A stretch of 64,000 nt of DNA from Candidatus Bathyarchaeota archaeon (GCA_963768425.1 CAVYHV010000014.1:96001-160000); one strand, 5' to 3'; shown: positions 1 through 9,850, counted from the first letter of the stretch. Numbers and translations: made by a program. Notes: generated by a model not told the origin, from the sequence alone.

Positions 1-409
1 GTATCTCAGCGTCTTTCATTAGTTCCTCGTATTTTTCGCCCCACGAATTAAAAGTCCAGTGAACCATCGCCAAATCCGTATCCCGTTTGACAAAAATGGG
101 ACCGTAATCTCGGAACCAGACATCAGCATAACCAAACTCAAAGAATCTTATCCGGTTAAGGTCAACTCCGTGACTTCGGAGTAGCTCAGAAACTTTATGC
201 TGCATAAATTGATCTTTAACGAATAAATTCACAAACTCGTCCTTGTGGAGTAAGCTGATGATTTGAACAAATGTTTCTTCAACCTTCTCAACGCCGGACG
301 TGAATGTTGTGGGGTCATGCGGCCAAGCAAGCCAGATTGCCTCGTGCTTTGACCATTCAGCAGGCATACAGTATCCGAGTTCACGAGGGGTAGTCGTCGC
401 GGCTCTCAT
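1..409 (-). CDS. aguA: agmatine deiminase (N-terminal part; runs off window)
   Basis: Hand translation from ATG 409: MRAATTTPRELGYCMPAEWSKHEAIWLAWPHD...WFRDYGPIFV...FNSWGEKY; ATGA overlap with the upstream nitrilase stop. Confidence 0.9.
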   Translation of the reverse strand, partial: MRAATTTPRELGYCMPAEWSKHEAIWLAWPHDPTTFTSGVEKVEETFVQIISLLHKDEFVNLFVKDQFMQHKVSELLRSHGVDLNRIRFFEFGYADVWFRDYGPIFVKRDTDLAMVHWTFNSWGEKYEELMKDAEI

Positions 410-1305
410 TTCTCAGTGTCCTCCACGAGCTTTTGGTAAGTTTCAGGTCGTCGGTTTCGAAGGAAACCCCAACCGTCCTGAATTTTCCTGTTTTTTGCAA
501 GATCCACCTTTGCAACTAAAGTTTCCTCTTTAGTGAAGCTGGCTTCTTTGAGCATCATGCCGAAAGAGTCGCATAGGAAGGAGCCGCCCCAAAAGTTGAG
601 GTGCCCCTCCACACCTACACGGTTTACGGCGGCAACATGAATTCCATTCGCGATGGCGTGTCCGCGTTGAACGGTCTTCCAAGCGTCATGCCAGTCTCCG
701 TCAGACTGATCGTCGCCTTCAACGTAGCCGATCGCTGTCGGATAAAAGATAATTTCTGCACCCTTCAAAGCGTTGATTCTTGCGGGTTCAGGGAACCACT
801 GGTCATAGCAGATAAGCACTCCTACGCGAGCGTAACGGGTTTCAAAGACACAGTAGCCGTTGTTTCCTGCTTCAAAAAAGTTTTTTTCGTAAAACAAAGG
901 GTCAAACGGCACATGCATCTTGCGATAGACACCCAAAGTTTTCCCGTCTGCGTCAATTACGACAGCCGAATTGTAGTATTTCCCGTTTGGAGCCTTCTCA
1001 AAAATAGGCGCTATTATGACTGTGCCGTTCTTTTTCGCCAGGGTGGAGAATGTTTTGGTGGTTTCGCCGGGAACTGTCTCCGCAAGGTTGCCGACGTCTA
1101 TTTTTTCTTCCTGCGGAAAATACCATGTTCTGTAAAGTTCAGGCAAGCAGATAATTTGAGCGCCCATCCTTGATGCTTCCTCAACTTTGTCAACAGTCCG
1201 TCTTATGTTGTCGGTTATGTCAGCTGAAAGAGCGGTTTGAATTAGCCCAACATTGACGATTTTTCTTTCATCCTGTGTATCAGAGGCGCTCGAAACTGTA
1301 ACCAT
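406..1305 (-). CDS. aguB: N-carbamoylputrescine amidase (carbon-nitrogen hydrolase)
   Basis: LPEL, YRKMHVP, ICYDQWFPE catalytic motifs; coupled to agmatine deiminase. Confidence 0.88.
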   Translation of the reverse strand: MVTVSSASDTQDERKIVNVGLIQTALSADITDNIRRTVDKVEEASRMGAQIICLPELYRTWYFPQEEKIDVGNLAETVPGETTKTFSTLAKKNGTVIIAPIFEKAPNGKYYNSAVVIDADGKTLGVYRKMHVPFDPLFYEKNFFEAGNNGYCVFETRYARVGVLICYDQWFPEPARINALKGAEIIFYPTAIGYVEGDDQSDGDWHDAWKTVQRGHAIANGIHVAAVNRVGVEGHLNFWGGSFLCDSFGMMLKEASFTKEETLVAKVDLAKNRKIQDGWGFLRNRRPETYQKLVEDTEK

Positions 1306-1471
1306 CCTTCTTCTTTGATGGCAAATATGTAAGTTTTGAAGGTAATAACTTTTCTGAAATATCTAAGAAATAGATTCAAGCCGTTTGTTTTAAAAGCCTT
1401 CTAAAGGCACATCGACGTTTAAGCAAACAGTTAATTTGTTGCCTTTCTAATTAGTTTATTGGTTAGGTTTT

Positions 1472-2737
1472 TTGGGTAAACAAGATGCCAGTTTGAAACC
1501 ACAACTTACTTTGTTCGACGCGATAGTTACTGGTCTCGCGGCAATTCTCGGCGCAGGCATATTCACTGTTATCGCGCCTGCAGCAGGGTTGGCTGGACCC
1601 GCAATTCTTGTTTCCTTTGGGATCGCTGCATTTGTAGCATTTTGTAACGCATCATCTTCTATCCAGTTGGCCGCTGTTTTTCCTCGGTCGGGAGGCACCT
1701 ACGAGTTCGGAAGACGCATGCTTGGCAACTGGTGGGGCTTCATTGCAGGCTGGATGTTCCTTGTGGCGAATACTGTTGGACCGGGTGTAAGCGCTTTGGC
1801 ATTTGGCAGTTACTTGCATGCAATTTGGCCAATCATTCCATTCCACGTAGCCGCGATTGGCGCAGCATCAGTTATGGTTATTCTTGATGCGGTGGGGATT
1901 CGCCGATCCATTCGTGTAACGGGAGTGATTGTTATTTTATCAATCGCTTCCTTATTGATTGTAACAATAATAGCTTTGCCATCGGCTCACTTAGGGAATT
2001 TTTCGCCTTTTGCGCCAGGCGGATTGGTTGGGGTTCTGCGCGCAACTGGTTTGCTTTTCTTTGCCTACACGGGATACAGCCGAATCGCAACGTTGGTTGA
2101 GGAAGTGAAAAACCCGAAACGAACTATTCCTAGAGCCTCTTTGATAGCGCTCGGCGGCGTGACATTTCTTTACCTGTTTGTGGTTGGGACCGCAATCGCA
2201 GTTTTAGGAGCCTCAGGCATGGCGAGTTCACCTTCACCTTTAGAAGCGCTGATGATAGCTGTTGGAAGCGCTTTGGGTGTGGCTTTAGTTGCTGGAGGCG
2301 CGTTGCTTACAACCTTCAACGAGGGACTCTCTGACCTTTTAGGCGTTTCCCGTGTAGCATTTTCAATGGGTAGGGAACGTGATTTACCTGCGGGCTTGGT
2401 CAAGCTAGGAGCTGAAAAAAACCCGTGGAGAAGCGTAATCTTCGTTGGCGCCATCACGCTTCTAGTTGCAGCTTTTGCACCCTTGGTATTGTCTGTGGCG
2501 ATATCCAGCTTCGGAACTCTTCTCTACTATTCGATAACTAATGTATCAGCCTTGAAGCTGCCACGTGCCCAACGAACTTTTCCTCGTGCCCTTGCAATAG
2601 CGGGGCTTGCCGGCTGCCTCGGATTAGCTTTCGCGCTCTCTCCACAATACATAGCAATTGGACTATTGATTCTTGGAGTCGGCGCAGTTTACTACATCAT
2701 ACGCAGAAGAATAATGCAAAAAAAGCCTGTTACTTAA
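1472..2737 (+). CDS. APC-family amino acid/polyamine permease
   Basis: GAGIF, PRSGGTY, FFAYTGY..EEVKNPKR motifs; about 12 TM segments. Confidence 0.88.
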   Translation: MGKQDASLKPQLTLFDAIVTGLAAILGAGIFTVIAPAAGLAGPAILVSFGIAAFVAFCNASSSIQLAAVFPRSGGTYEFGRRMLGNWWGFIAGWMFLVANTVGPGVSALAFGSYLHAIWPIIPFHVAAIGAASVMVILDAVGIRRSIRVTGVIVILSIASLLIVTIIALPSAHLGNFSPFAPGGLVGVLRATGLLFFAYTGYSRIATLVEEVKNPKRTIPRASLIALGGVTFLYLFVVGTAIAVLGASGMASSPSPLEALMIAVGSALGVALVAGGALLTTFNEGLSDLLGVSRVAFSMGRERDLPAGLVKLGAEKNPWRSVIFVGAITLLVAAFAPLVLSVAISSFGTLLYYSITNVSALKLPRAQRTFPRALAIAGLAGCLGLAFALSPQYIAIGLLILGVGAVYYIIRRRIMQKKPVT

Positions 2738-3024
2738 GTTGTTCTTGTTTGCTTGAGCACATAATCAAAATACTTTTCAACTGTTCCTTCGCAAGTCCAT
2801 TCTGCACGAAGCCTTGTCTTCTTTTCTGTCCGGCGCAACTCTGAAAGAAGCATGCGGTTGACGTCTTTTGCAGTTTCGCCTTTGAATTCAGCGGTTAAGT
2901 CGAATCCGTCGCTGGTTGGTTTAAGTGTGCCTTGGCTGCCGATTATTCGTTCCAAAAGAGGTTTTATGGCTAACGGGTTGGCGCTGCTTACGTTTGCCTT
3001 CAATTTCAGTTTTTTCTCAGGCAT
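2734..3024 (-). CDS. hypothetical protein
   Basis: ORF 2734..3060; ATG 3024 (MPEKKLK) preferred; protein-like composition. Confidence 0.6.
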   Translation of the reverse strand: MPEKKLKLKANVSSANPLAIKPLLERIIGSQGTLKPTSDGFDLTAEFKGETAKDVNRMLLSELRRTEKKTRLRAEWTCEGTVEKYFDYVLKQTRTT

Positions 3025-3112
3025 CAAACTCACTTGTGCTGTGTTGTCAATTGAATACAAGCTATGGCTTGTATATTTGAAAAAAATTAAACAGATATAG
3101 TTAAAACTTTTG

Positions 3113-3451
3113 TTACTTCTTGTGTCTTTTGATTCTTTCCTGCCGCTGCGTCTTCATACGCCAATCCTTCTTCCGCTGCGTCGTAACCGTGAATTTTCCG
3201 CCTTGCCTAGGCATCTGCTCAACTTTGCGGTAACGTGAAATGTTCATGTAGAATGTCTCGAGGTCTATTTTACTCGATTTCAAATCTTCAAGGTTCTGGT
3301 TAAGTTCCTTCCTCGCGTCCTCGCCTGCATGATCAAAAGCTTCCGAATAAACAAGGTACGCAGCGTGGAACTGAAAGCTTGAGGAGTCATCGATTAAAAG
3401 TTTCTCAATTTGGGGTTGGTTGGGGCTCGATTCGTTTGGTTGCTCGGTCAT
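3113..3451 (-). CDS. hypothetical protein with basic C-terminus
   Basis: 112-aa ATG ORF with no competing ORF. Confidence 0.65.
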   Translation of the reverse strand: MTEQPNESSPNQPQIEKLLIDDSSSFQFHAAYLVYSEAFDHAGEDARKELNQNLEDLKSSKIDLETFYMNISRYRKVEQMPRQGGKFTVTTQRKKDWRMKTQRQERIKRHKK

Positions 3452-3551
3452 GTTATTCAGCTTTTAACGATGAGCAACATTGTTTTTCCCTCTTTTATAT
3501 TTATGCCATGGGAAAAAGCCGTGTTTTGAGGTTTTTTTGATCGAGGTGGGG

Positions 3552-3974
3552 CTATCTCGGCTTACCCAAATTAGCCCTGATTTTTTCCGCATCTTGTTCC
3601 AGCAACTCGAGAGCCCGCAGGTCAACTTCGCGTCGGAACTGGTTTTGCGGCTTCATCGGGATAACGTGAACGTGAAGGTGGAATATGACTTGGGCAGCGT
3701 CTCTCCCGTTGTTCTGCACTATTCTGATGGCTTCCGTGCCTGTTGCCTCGCGAACAGCATGAGCGACCCTCTTAGCAACCCTAAAAAGGTAAGCTGCTTC
3801 ATCCTCCGAGATTTCGAAAATGTTGATGCAGTGTGTCTTGGGAACGACAAGCGTGTGCCCCTCGTTAACTGGGCGGTTGCTTAAGAAAGCAGCTACTTGC
3901 TCATCCTCGTAAACTATGCTTGCAGGAGCTTCTCGACGGATTATCTGGCAAAATACGCATTTTGTTTCGGTCAT
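3552..3974 (-). CDS. HIT family hydrolase
   Basis: CVFC N-terminus, GHTLVVPK, HLHVHVIP triad. Confidence 0.93.
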   Translation of the reverse strand: MTETKCVFCQIIRREAPASIVYEDEQVAAFLSNRPVNEGHTLVVPKTHCINIFEISEDEAAYLFRVAKRVAHAVREATGTEAIRIVQNNGRDAAQVIFHLHVHVIPMKPQNQFRREVDLRALELLEQDAEKIRANLGKPR

Positions 3975-4041
3975 GACTCATACCTTTTAGCGGTTTAAAG
4001 GTAGGGTTAGCTTTAATAGAATTTCTGTTGCCTACTTCTTT

Positions 4042-5175
4042 ATGGATACTTTGGTTGATGACGTCGGAAGTTTTCCCCTGCCCCCACGCGTGAACAAGGA
4101 GGCTTTCAGCGAAGCCTATCGCCGGTCAAGGGCGGCGGCAGTTGAAGGCAAAGACCTGCGGGCAGATGCTTTTTTGGAGACCACCTTTTGTTCCATCGTG
4201 CTTGAATCCTTCAGGTTCAAGCTTGCGTCGGGTTTAGATGTGGCGAATTTTCCTCAACACTATGAAGGGATGAGACAGGTTGGAGACGTTTTGCATGCGG
4301 CAATGGAAACGGGTTCCTTTCTTGTGAATGAGAAGTCAGCGGTTTTACCTGAGGTCTACCTGATCGGTCAAGAAGCCAAGACGCTAAGCGAAGAACTGGG
4401 CAGAAAAATCCAGCTGAGAGTCTCAATTTTTGGCCCGCTTGAACACTACTTGCACGAAATCGGGAACACGCCTTACCAAGATGTCTTGGAGGGTTTGGCT
4501 GGGACGATTCAGCGATTCGCGAAAAACAGCGTATTAAACAACAAGTACATCGAAACGGCTGTGGTTTCGATTGATGAGCCAAGTTTCGGCTTCAACAACA
4601 TTCAAGCCCCATCTGACGTCATCTGCGGAGTACTGGAGAAAACTTTTGACTTCAAAGGCGCAGTCCGTCAGATTCATCTTCATTCGGCTGCTGGAGTCCA
4701 CGATTTGCTGTCTGTAAAAAACCTTGATGTCCTCTCGTTCGAGTACGCCGCTTCACCGAAGAACATTGACGCAGTCCCAAAAAGCATGCTTGAAGGGGCG
4801 GATAAGCAGATTCGCGTAGGAATCGCCCGAACAGACATCGATAGCATTTTGGCTGAGCTTTACGAGAAAGGAGTTGGGAAACCTTTAGCCGACCAGTTGG
4901 TTGAACCAAAAGAGACGATAGAGAAAAGGTATAGGGTTGCGAAACAGAAATATGGCGATCGGATGACTTTTACGGGTCCTGACTGCGGGTTAGGAGGCTG
5001 GCCTAGCCAAGAATCGGCACAACTTTTGCTGGAACGCACAGTAAAAGCGGTAAAACTGGCCCAAAAAACTAGCATAAAAAATGAAGAAAGAAAAAGGGTT
5101 TGCCTTAACAGGATTATTCGGTTGATGTTGGTTTCTTCTTCGCCTGTTCCTGCTGTGCTTTGGTCAGGTCTTTGA
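4042..5175 (+). CDS. cobalamin-independent methionine synthase, catalytic-domain (MetE core) family
   Basis: DVGSFP, SIDEP, HLH, GPDCGLGGW motifs; true stop is probably TAG 5070-5072 (A6 run at 5063-5068 one base short). Confidence 0.8.
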   Translation: MDTLVDDVGSFPLPPRVNKEAFSEAYRRSRAAAVEGKDLRADAFLETTFCSIVLESFRFKLASGLDVANFPQHYEGMRQVGDVLHAAMETGSFLVNEKSAVLPEVYLIGQEAKTLSEELGRKIQLRVSIFGPLEHYLHEIGNTPYQDVLEGLAGTIQRFAKNSVLNNKYIETAVVSIDEPSFGFNNIQAPSDVICGVLEKTFDFKGAVRQIHLHSAAGVHDLLSVKNLDVLSFEYAASPKNIDAVPKSMLEGADKQIRVGIARTDIDSILAELYEKGVGKPLADQLVEPKETIEKRYRVAKQKYGDRMTFTGPDCGLGGWPSQESAQLLLERTVKAVKLAQKTSIKNEERKRVCLNRIIRLMLVSSSPVPAVLWSGL

Positions 5176-5944
5176 AGCCGTAGGTTCCAACTGGTGGCCA
5201 GCCTGCTTCCGGCATTACCGCTGGAATTAACATGATTGTGTTTGTTTGTGATTGTTGGCCTAACTCGTAGAGGATGTTCATCCATCTGAGTCTTAGTCCG
5301 TCTGGGCTTGCCTCGTACGCTTTTGCTGCTTCAATCATTTTTTGTGATGCTTCAAACTCGGCTGTGGCTAAGGTTACTCTTGCGATGCGTTCCCGTTCGG
5401 CTTGTGCTTGACGCGACATTGCATCTTGAAGGTTGCCTGGTATTATGACGTCTCGAACTTCGACGGCAGTCACTTTGATTCCCCAATTCTCCGTTTTCTC
5501 ATCGATGATTTCCCGCAGGGTTGCGCCGACTTTTTCGCGTTCCGCGAGTAGCTCATTTAGGCTTTGCTTGCCGATGACTTCCCGAAGAGTTGTCTGTGAA
5601 GCAAGTTGGGTTGCTTGGTAGTAGTTTTCAACTTGCAGAACAGCTTTTTCCAGATCAACGGGCTTCATGTAGAGTACTGAGTCTACGTTTACAGGAACGT
5701 TGTCTTTTGTTAGTGTTGATTCTGTTCGGAACTGTATCGTGTCCAGCCTAGTTGAAATTTTTAGAGGGGCTCTGTCGATTATTGGGACAAGGTAGATGAT
5801 TCCGGGGCCTTTAAGGCCGATGTAACGTCCTAAACGCAGAACAGGCATTCTTTCCCATTCTTTTAGTATTCGAATTCCGCTCAGCAAGAAGACAATTATA
5901 ATAAAGACAATAAAGCCGATCAAACCGATTAAAAGTGGATCCAT
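5114..5944 (-). CDS. SPFH/stomatin (slipin) family membrane protein
   Basis: RLGR..GPG, TKDNV, AMSRQAQAERE motifs; GAGGT SD before ATG 5944. Confidence 0.92.
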   Translation of the reverse strand: MDPLLIGLIGFIVFIIIVFLLSGIRILKEWERMPVLRLGRYIGLKGPGIIYLVPIIDRAPLKISTRLDTIQFRTESTLTKDNVPVNVDSVLYMKPVDLEKAVLQVENYYQATQLASQTTLREVIGKQSLNELLAEREKVGATLREIIDEKTENWGIKVTAVEVRDVIIPGNLQDAMSRQAQAERERIARVTLATAEFEASQKMIEAAKAYEASPDGLRLRWMNILYELGQQSQTNTIMLIPAVMPEAGWPPVGTYGFKDLTKAQQEQAKKKPTSTE

Positions 5945-5983
5945 TTTTTCAAACCTCAACTAGCTATTCAGCGGTTTATGGAA

Positions 5984-6379
5984 TTAAGCTTTTTGCTCGG
6001 CTGCTTTAACTATAAGCACGTTGCCGTCCAAAGCTATGACTTGCACGGTTTGGCCTAAAGTTATGGGTGCGTCTTTGGAGGTTGCTGCCCAGATTTCGCT
6101 GAAGACTCGAATTTCGCCTTTGGGGTTAAGATTAGTTGTTGCAACTCCTGTTGCTCCGATTAAGGCTTCTTTACCAGTTTTGACCCGTTGAAACTGTGAC
6201 TTGAATCCTGCCGCGAATATAAGAATCATGATTGCTGCGACGGCAAACAAGGTCGCAGCCAACGCGGCTTCGTCTGAAGCGCTTAACCCGATGAAGCTCA
6301 CGCCTACGAAAGCTACGTAAACGAGGAAGGCTCCAACTGCTACGAGCAATCCGATGACAAGCGCTAGCGAAACATGCAT
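5984..6379 (-). CDS. NfeD-like protein (short form, OB domain)
   Basis: TM helices plus TGKEALIG..LNPKGEIRV..EIWAA; adjacent to SPFH gene. Confidence 0.85.
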   Translation of the reverse strand: MHVSLALVIGLLVAVGAFLVYVAFVGVSFIGLSASDEAALAATLFAVAAIMILIFAAGFKSQFQRVKTGKEALIGATGVATTNLNPKGEIRVFSEIWAATSKDAPITLGQTVQVIALDGNVLIVKAAEQKA

Positions 6380-6510
6380 ACGACCCAGCTCAATATTGCA
6401 TAGACAGAATCAGCTTATAAGAGTTGACTGGCACGAGATATTGGCGCGTTTTTTGCTGTTTGTGTTTTGGGTTGCTTTTCTTGTTTAGGGCTCGGGTTGT
6501 TTGCAGGTTG

Positions 6511-6600
6511 AGTCAAAAAAAGTCAAGGAAAGTCAAAATAAGTCAATAAAAGTTAAAATAAGTCATAAAAAGTCAAAATAAGTCAAGAAAAGTTAGAAAC
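6511..6600. repeat. nine tandem copies of a 10-bp unit beginning AGTYA (modal AGTCAAAATA)
   Basis: agtcaaaaaa agtcaaggaa agtcaaaata agtcaataaa agttaaaata agtcataaaa agtcaaaata agtcaagaaa agttagaaac. Confidence 0.9.
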
Positions 6601-6626
6601 GATGATTAACTGAGCAAAAAAGTTTT

Positions 6627-7400
6627 TTAGGAGTCCAAGAGACTTTGCAGCAGCTTGATGGCTGACCATGCTGCCAGGGCGCTGGTATGGGGGTTGTCTG
6701 GGTGAGGGTCGTTTGCAAAACGCAGAAACATCTCACCGAACCGCCAGCTAACCTGGATTTCATGCGTGTTCCGCTTAACAGAGGGATCAGAGACTACGCG
6801 AACTTTTACTCTGACAGGCTTGACCGTCAATGCCAAAGTTGCAGCGACATTCATCTCCCGCGGAAACAGCTTCACAGCCTCCTCCGCGTACCCTTCGTAA
6901 ACAACAGCCTCAACCTTGTTGTCCTTGCTAAGAGCATTTGGGTTTTTGCGAGAAGTCAAAGTTACCTCATCGATCCCCGCCAGGGAGGCGCTGGAAAGAG
7001 CGTCCAACCCGCCGATAGCTCCAGAAGGGACATGAACCCGCCCTAAATCAAATTCCAACCCAAGCAGTGCACCGGTGCTCATCACGATGACCTCGGCGCC
7101 TGAAGAAGCAATCTTCGGTACAAAATCCCGAGCAGCCTTCTGCGACGCGGCTTCCACAACGACTTTAGGCTTTTTGGCGAGAAGTTCATCCACGCTCTTT
7201 ACAATTGTGACGGGAAACTTTAGGGCACCCATGAGTTTCTGCGCTTTCGAGTCGTCGATGTCGTAGACAAAAAGTTCGTCGCACACAACGAGTTTGCGCT
7301 CGATTGCTTCAGCTAAAACTGTGCCGATTGCGCCACACCCGATTAAACCAACCTTCTTTTTTGCTTTGCCACTCACGGTTTGTGCCTTCATGTTTCCCAT
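6627..7400 (-). CDS. nadX: L-aspartate dehydrogenase
   Basis: GLIGCGAIG, VEAAS, SGAIGGLD, FP..MNVAA, NPHTSALAA; start uncertain (7400, 7391 or 7376). Confidence 0.88.
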   Translation of the reverse strand: MGNMKAQTVSGKAKKKVGLIGCGAIGTVLAEAIERKLVVCDELFVYDIDDSKAQKLMGALKFPVTIVKSVDELLAKKPKVVVEAASQKAARDFVPKIASSGAEVIVMSTGALLGLEFDLGRVHVPSGAIGGLDALSSASLAGIDEVTLTSRKNPNALSKDNKVEAVVYEGYAEEAVKLFPREMNVAATLALTVKPVRVKVRVVSDPSVKRNTHEIQVSWRFGEMFLRFANDPHPDNPHTSALAAWSAIKLLQSLLDS

Positions 7401-7473
7401 TTTGCTTCTAGACGTTAAAGTTGACGGTAGGAAAACTAAAATACCTCCTAAAAACATTATCCCCTAAAGAAAA

Positions 7474-7564
7474 GTTCTCGGGGAGCTGGGAAAGACCCGG
7501 CTGAGAGGACGGCTATTTGCTGTCGACCCTTAGAACCTGAACCAGGTAATGCTGGCGGAGGGAA
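7474..7564 (+). ncRNA. TPP (thiamine pyrophosphate) riboswitch
   Basis: GGGGAGC...GCTGAGA...GACCC TTAGAACCTGA ACCAGGTAATGCTGGCGGAGGGAA matches the THI-box consensus; lies directly upstream of thiamine genes. Confidence 0.93.
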
Positions 7565-7567
7565 AAA

Positions 7568-8113
7568 ATGAACGCAAATATATTGAATGTAGCCGATAAA
7601 AACCAGATTTCTCAAACAAAAAGATTGTCATTAACAGGAGTTATGGCGGCGCTAATCGCTGTAACAACTATTATTGCAATACCTTTGCCACCTCCTCTTT
7701 CAACCATCAACTTGGCGCCTGTAATCATATTCACAGTATGCATACTTCTTGGACCATGGGTAGGCTTCACTTGTACTGTGATTGGGTGCGGCATCGGCTA
7801 TTTGGCTGGAACAAGTCTTGGAACTATAATTGTCCCACCCGGATTCCTGTACATCTACCTGGTCGGATTAGTAGCTGCACGAGGTCCAATGGCATTAGCT
7901 GTCGGTGGATTAAGAAAGAAAAGTGAGCCCGCAGGCATGGTTCTGGGAGTTGTCATTGAGACAATGATTTTCTTCAGTATTGACTTCATTCTATTCGGGC
8001 TTGGATTCGCGTTATTTGATCTAGGAACCTTTGTTGACTTAGTATTTGTACCCATAACTGTCGCGGTTCTTATTGCCATTAGAAGAATTTTCGATACCAA
8101 GTACCTATCCTAG
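7568..8113 (+). CDS. ECF transporter S component (thiamine or precursor)
   Basis: GVMAALIAV..IAIP..INL..LLGP..G pattern, about 6 TM; follows TPP riboswitch. Confidence 0.85.
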   Translation: MNANILNVADKNQISQTKRLSLTGVMAALIAVTTIIAIPLPPPLSTINLAPVIIFTVCILLGPWVGFTCTVIGCGIGYLAGTSLGTIIVPPGFLYIYLVGLVAARGPMALAVGGLRKKSEPAGMVLGVVIETMIFFSIDFILFGLGFALFDLGTFVDLVFVPITVAVLIAIRRIFDTKYLS

Positions 8114-8123
8114 ATGACAAAAA

Positions 8124-8801
8124 ATGGGCAGCAACACACGTTTTAAACAGGAACAAACAGCTAAAGATTATGAATCATATTATGAAACAAAATATAGAAA
8201 CGTCGACTTGCTTGAGAAGAAACTGATAAAGCAACTTTTTGAGCAGTTTCCTGAAGCAAAGAATGTTTTGGAAGTAGGTTGTGGAACCGGGCATTTTACT
8301 ATGTGGATAAAATCTTCTCTTCTCATAGAATCCATCGGCATCGACACATCAAAAGCCATGCTTAAAGAGGCAAAAATTCGTTGGCCTCAAGGCCCTTTGC
8401 TTCAAGGAGAAGCTACTCGATTACCGTTTATGGATAAATCCGTAGATGTTGTGGCGTTCATAACAAGCTTAGAATTCATCCAAGATGCCGTTGGAGCTCT
8501 TGAGGAAGCAGCGAGGGTAGCAAAGATCGGAATAAATCTGGGTCTTATGAATAAGAACAGCATAGGCACGTTGAAAAAAAGGTTTCAGGCTGCAACTCTA
8601 AAAGACTCATTCTATAGGCAAGCAAAATTTTATTCAGCTTCAGATATAGAAAAAATGTTGGAAAACATTCTTGCAAAAAAACATAATATTGCATTTTGCC
8701 GTACCACGGTTTTTCCTAAACCGTTCAGTGACAAGGAGTCCTCGATTTTCTTGTTCGGTGGGTTTCTTGGAATAGCAATAAAAATAGGGGATACCCCATG
8801 A
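8124..8801 (+). CDS. class I SAM-dependent methyltransferase
   Basis: VLEVGCGTG, LPF.D.S.D, SLEF..D..ALEEAARV. Confidence 0.9.
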   Translation: MGSNTRFKQEQTAKDYESYYETKYRNVDLLEKKLIKQLFEQFPEAKNVLEVGCGTGHFTMWIKSSLLIESIGIDTSKAMLKEAKIRWPQGPLLQGEATRLPFMDKSVDVVAFITSLEFIQDAVGALEEAARVAKIGINLGLMNKNSIGTLKKRFQAATLKDSFYRQAKFYSASDIEKMLENILAKKHNIAFCRTTVFPKPFSDKESSIFLFGGFLGIAIKIGDTP

Positions 8802-9850
8802 GTAAGACTGGAAAATTTCCTTATGACTTAATCGAGAAACTCATTTACCCTAAACTGGGCGCAGAGAGGGCGGAAGTGCTTATTGGTCCAGGTGCAGGCC
8901 GCGACAACGCAATAATCAGCTTAAAAGGAGGTCAAGTGTTAATAGCAACCGCTGATCCGCTGTCAGTCATACCTGCGTTGGGAGTTAAGGACTCAGCGTA
9001 CATCTCGGTCCATTTGCTTGCATCAGACTTAGTGACTTGCGGTTTTGCCCCGCAGTTTTTTATGGTTAACCTTAACTTACCCCCTGAAATGAGCGACAAA
9101 GACTTTGAAACATACTGGAAAACTATAGATGAAGAATGCAGAAAACTCGACGTCGCCATCGTCGGAGGGCACACAGGCAGATATCCAGGGTCAAGCTACA
9201 CAGTTGTCGGCGGAGGCGTAATGATGACGATTGCGCCTGAAAAACAATACGTTGCGAGCACTATGGCAAAACCTGGCGACCTGATAATAATGACCAAAGG
9301 AGTTGCAATAGCTACAACCGGGATACTTTCAAGAGTCTTTCCAAAAACAGTTGAAAAACGATACGGTAGCTCATTTCTGACTAAGGCTCAGCAATACCTT
9401 GGTTATTTTAGTGTGGTTGAGGATGCGTTAAGTGCGGCTTCAGCAGGTTTAAGGGATCGCGGGGTTACAGCCATGCATGACGTCACAGAAGGCGGATTAC
9501 TAGGAGCACTATACGAGTTTTCTGAGGCATCCAAAACAGGCTTAGAGGTAGACCTTTCTAAAGTTATAGTCACTGAGGAAACAAACGGGATTTGTCAACT
9601 GTTCAAGATTTCTCCTTACTCATCCCTAAGCGAAGGAACGCTTATCCTAACTGTTAAACCCGAAAAAGTCTCCGCCGTTCAGCAAGCATTAGATTTGAAT
9701 GGGATAAAAAACTCCGTGATCGGAAAAATGACTAACGCAAGGGATGGCAGATGGATTAAATCGGCAGATCAACGGGAGACTTTGCGTAAACCTGACTCTG
9801 ACCCTTATTGGGAAGCGTATCGCAAAGCAAGTAGTGAGGGTTGGAAATGA
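8798..9850 (+). CDS. AIR-synthase-like (PurM/HypE/ThiL superfamily) ATP-binding protein
   Basis: GPGAGRD, IVGGHT, AMHDVTEGGL, SEGTL. Confidence 0.88.
   Translation: MSKTGKFPYDLIEKLIYPKLGAERAEVLIGPGAGRDNAIISLKGGQVLIATADPLSVIPALGVKDSAYISVHLLASDLVTCGFAPQFFMVNLNLPPEMSDKDFETYWKTIDEECRKLDVAIVGGHTGRYPGSSYTVVGGGVMMTIAPEKQYVASTMAKPGDLIIMTKGVAIATTGILSRVFPKTVEKRYGSSFLTKAQQYLGYFSVVEDALSAASAGLRDRGVTAMHDVTEGGLLGALYEFSEASKTGLEVDLSKVIVTEETNGICQLFKISPYSSLSEGTLILTVKPEKVSAVQQALDLNGIKNSVIGKMTNARDGRWIKSADQRETLRKPDSDPYWEAYRKASSEGWK

Noticed and set aside
601-1173. Long antisense or alternate-frame ORFs (also 12298-12843, 23095-23661, 32377-32982, 41006-41476)
   Set aside because: Shadows of well-supported genes, with no motifs
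5070-5175. 62-bp convergent overlap of the metE-like and SPFH genes as an antisense system
   Set aside because: Adding one A to the A6 run gives TAG at 5070-5072 and removes the overlap
6511-6600. CRISPR array
   Set aside because: 10-bp period, no unique spacers, no cas genes in the window
7401-7457. N-terminal extension of nadX from the ORF track
   Set aside because: Not homologous to the family and would occupy the divergent promoter region next to the riboswitch
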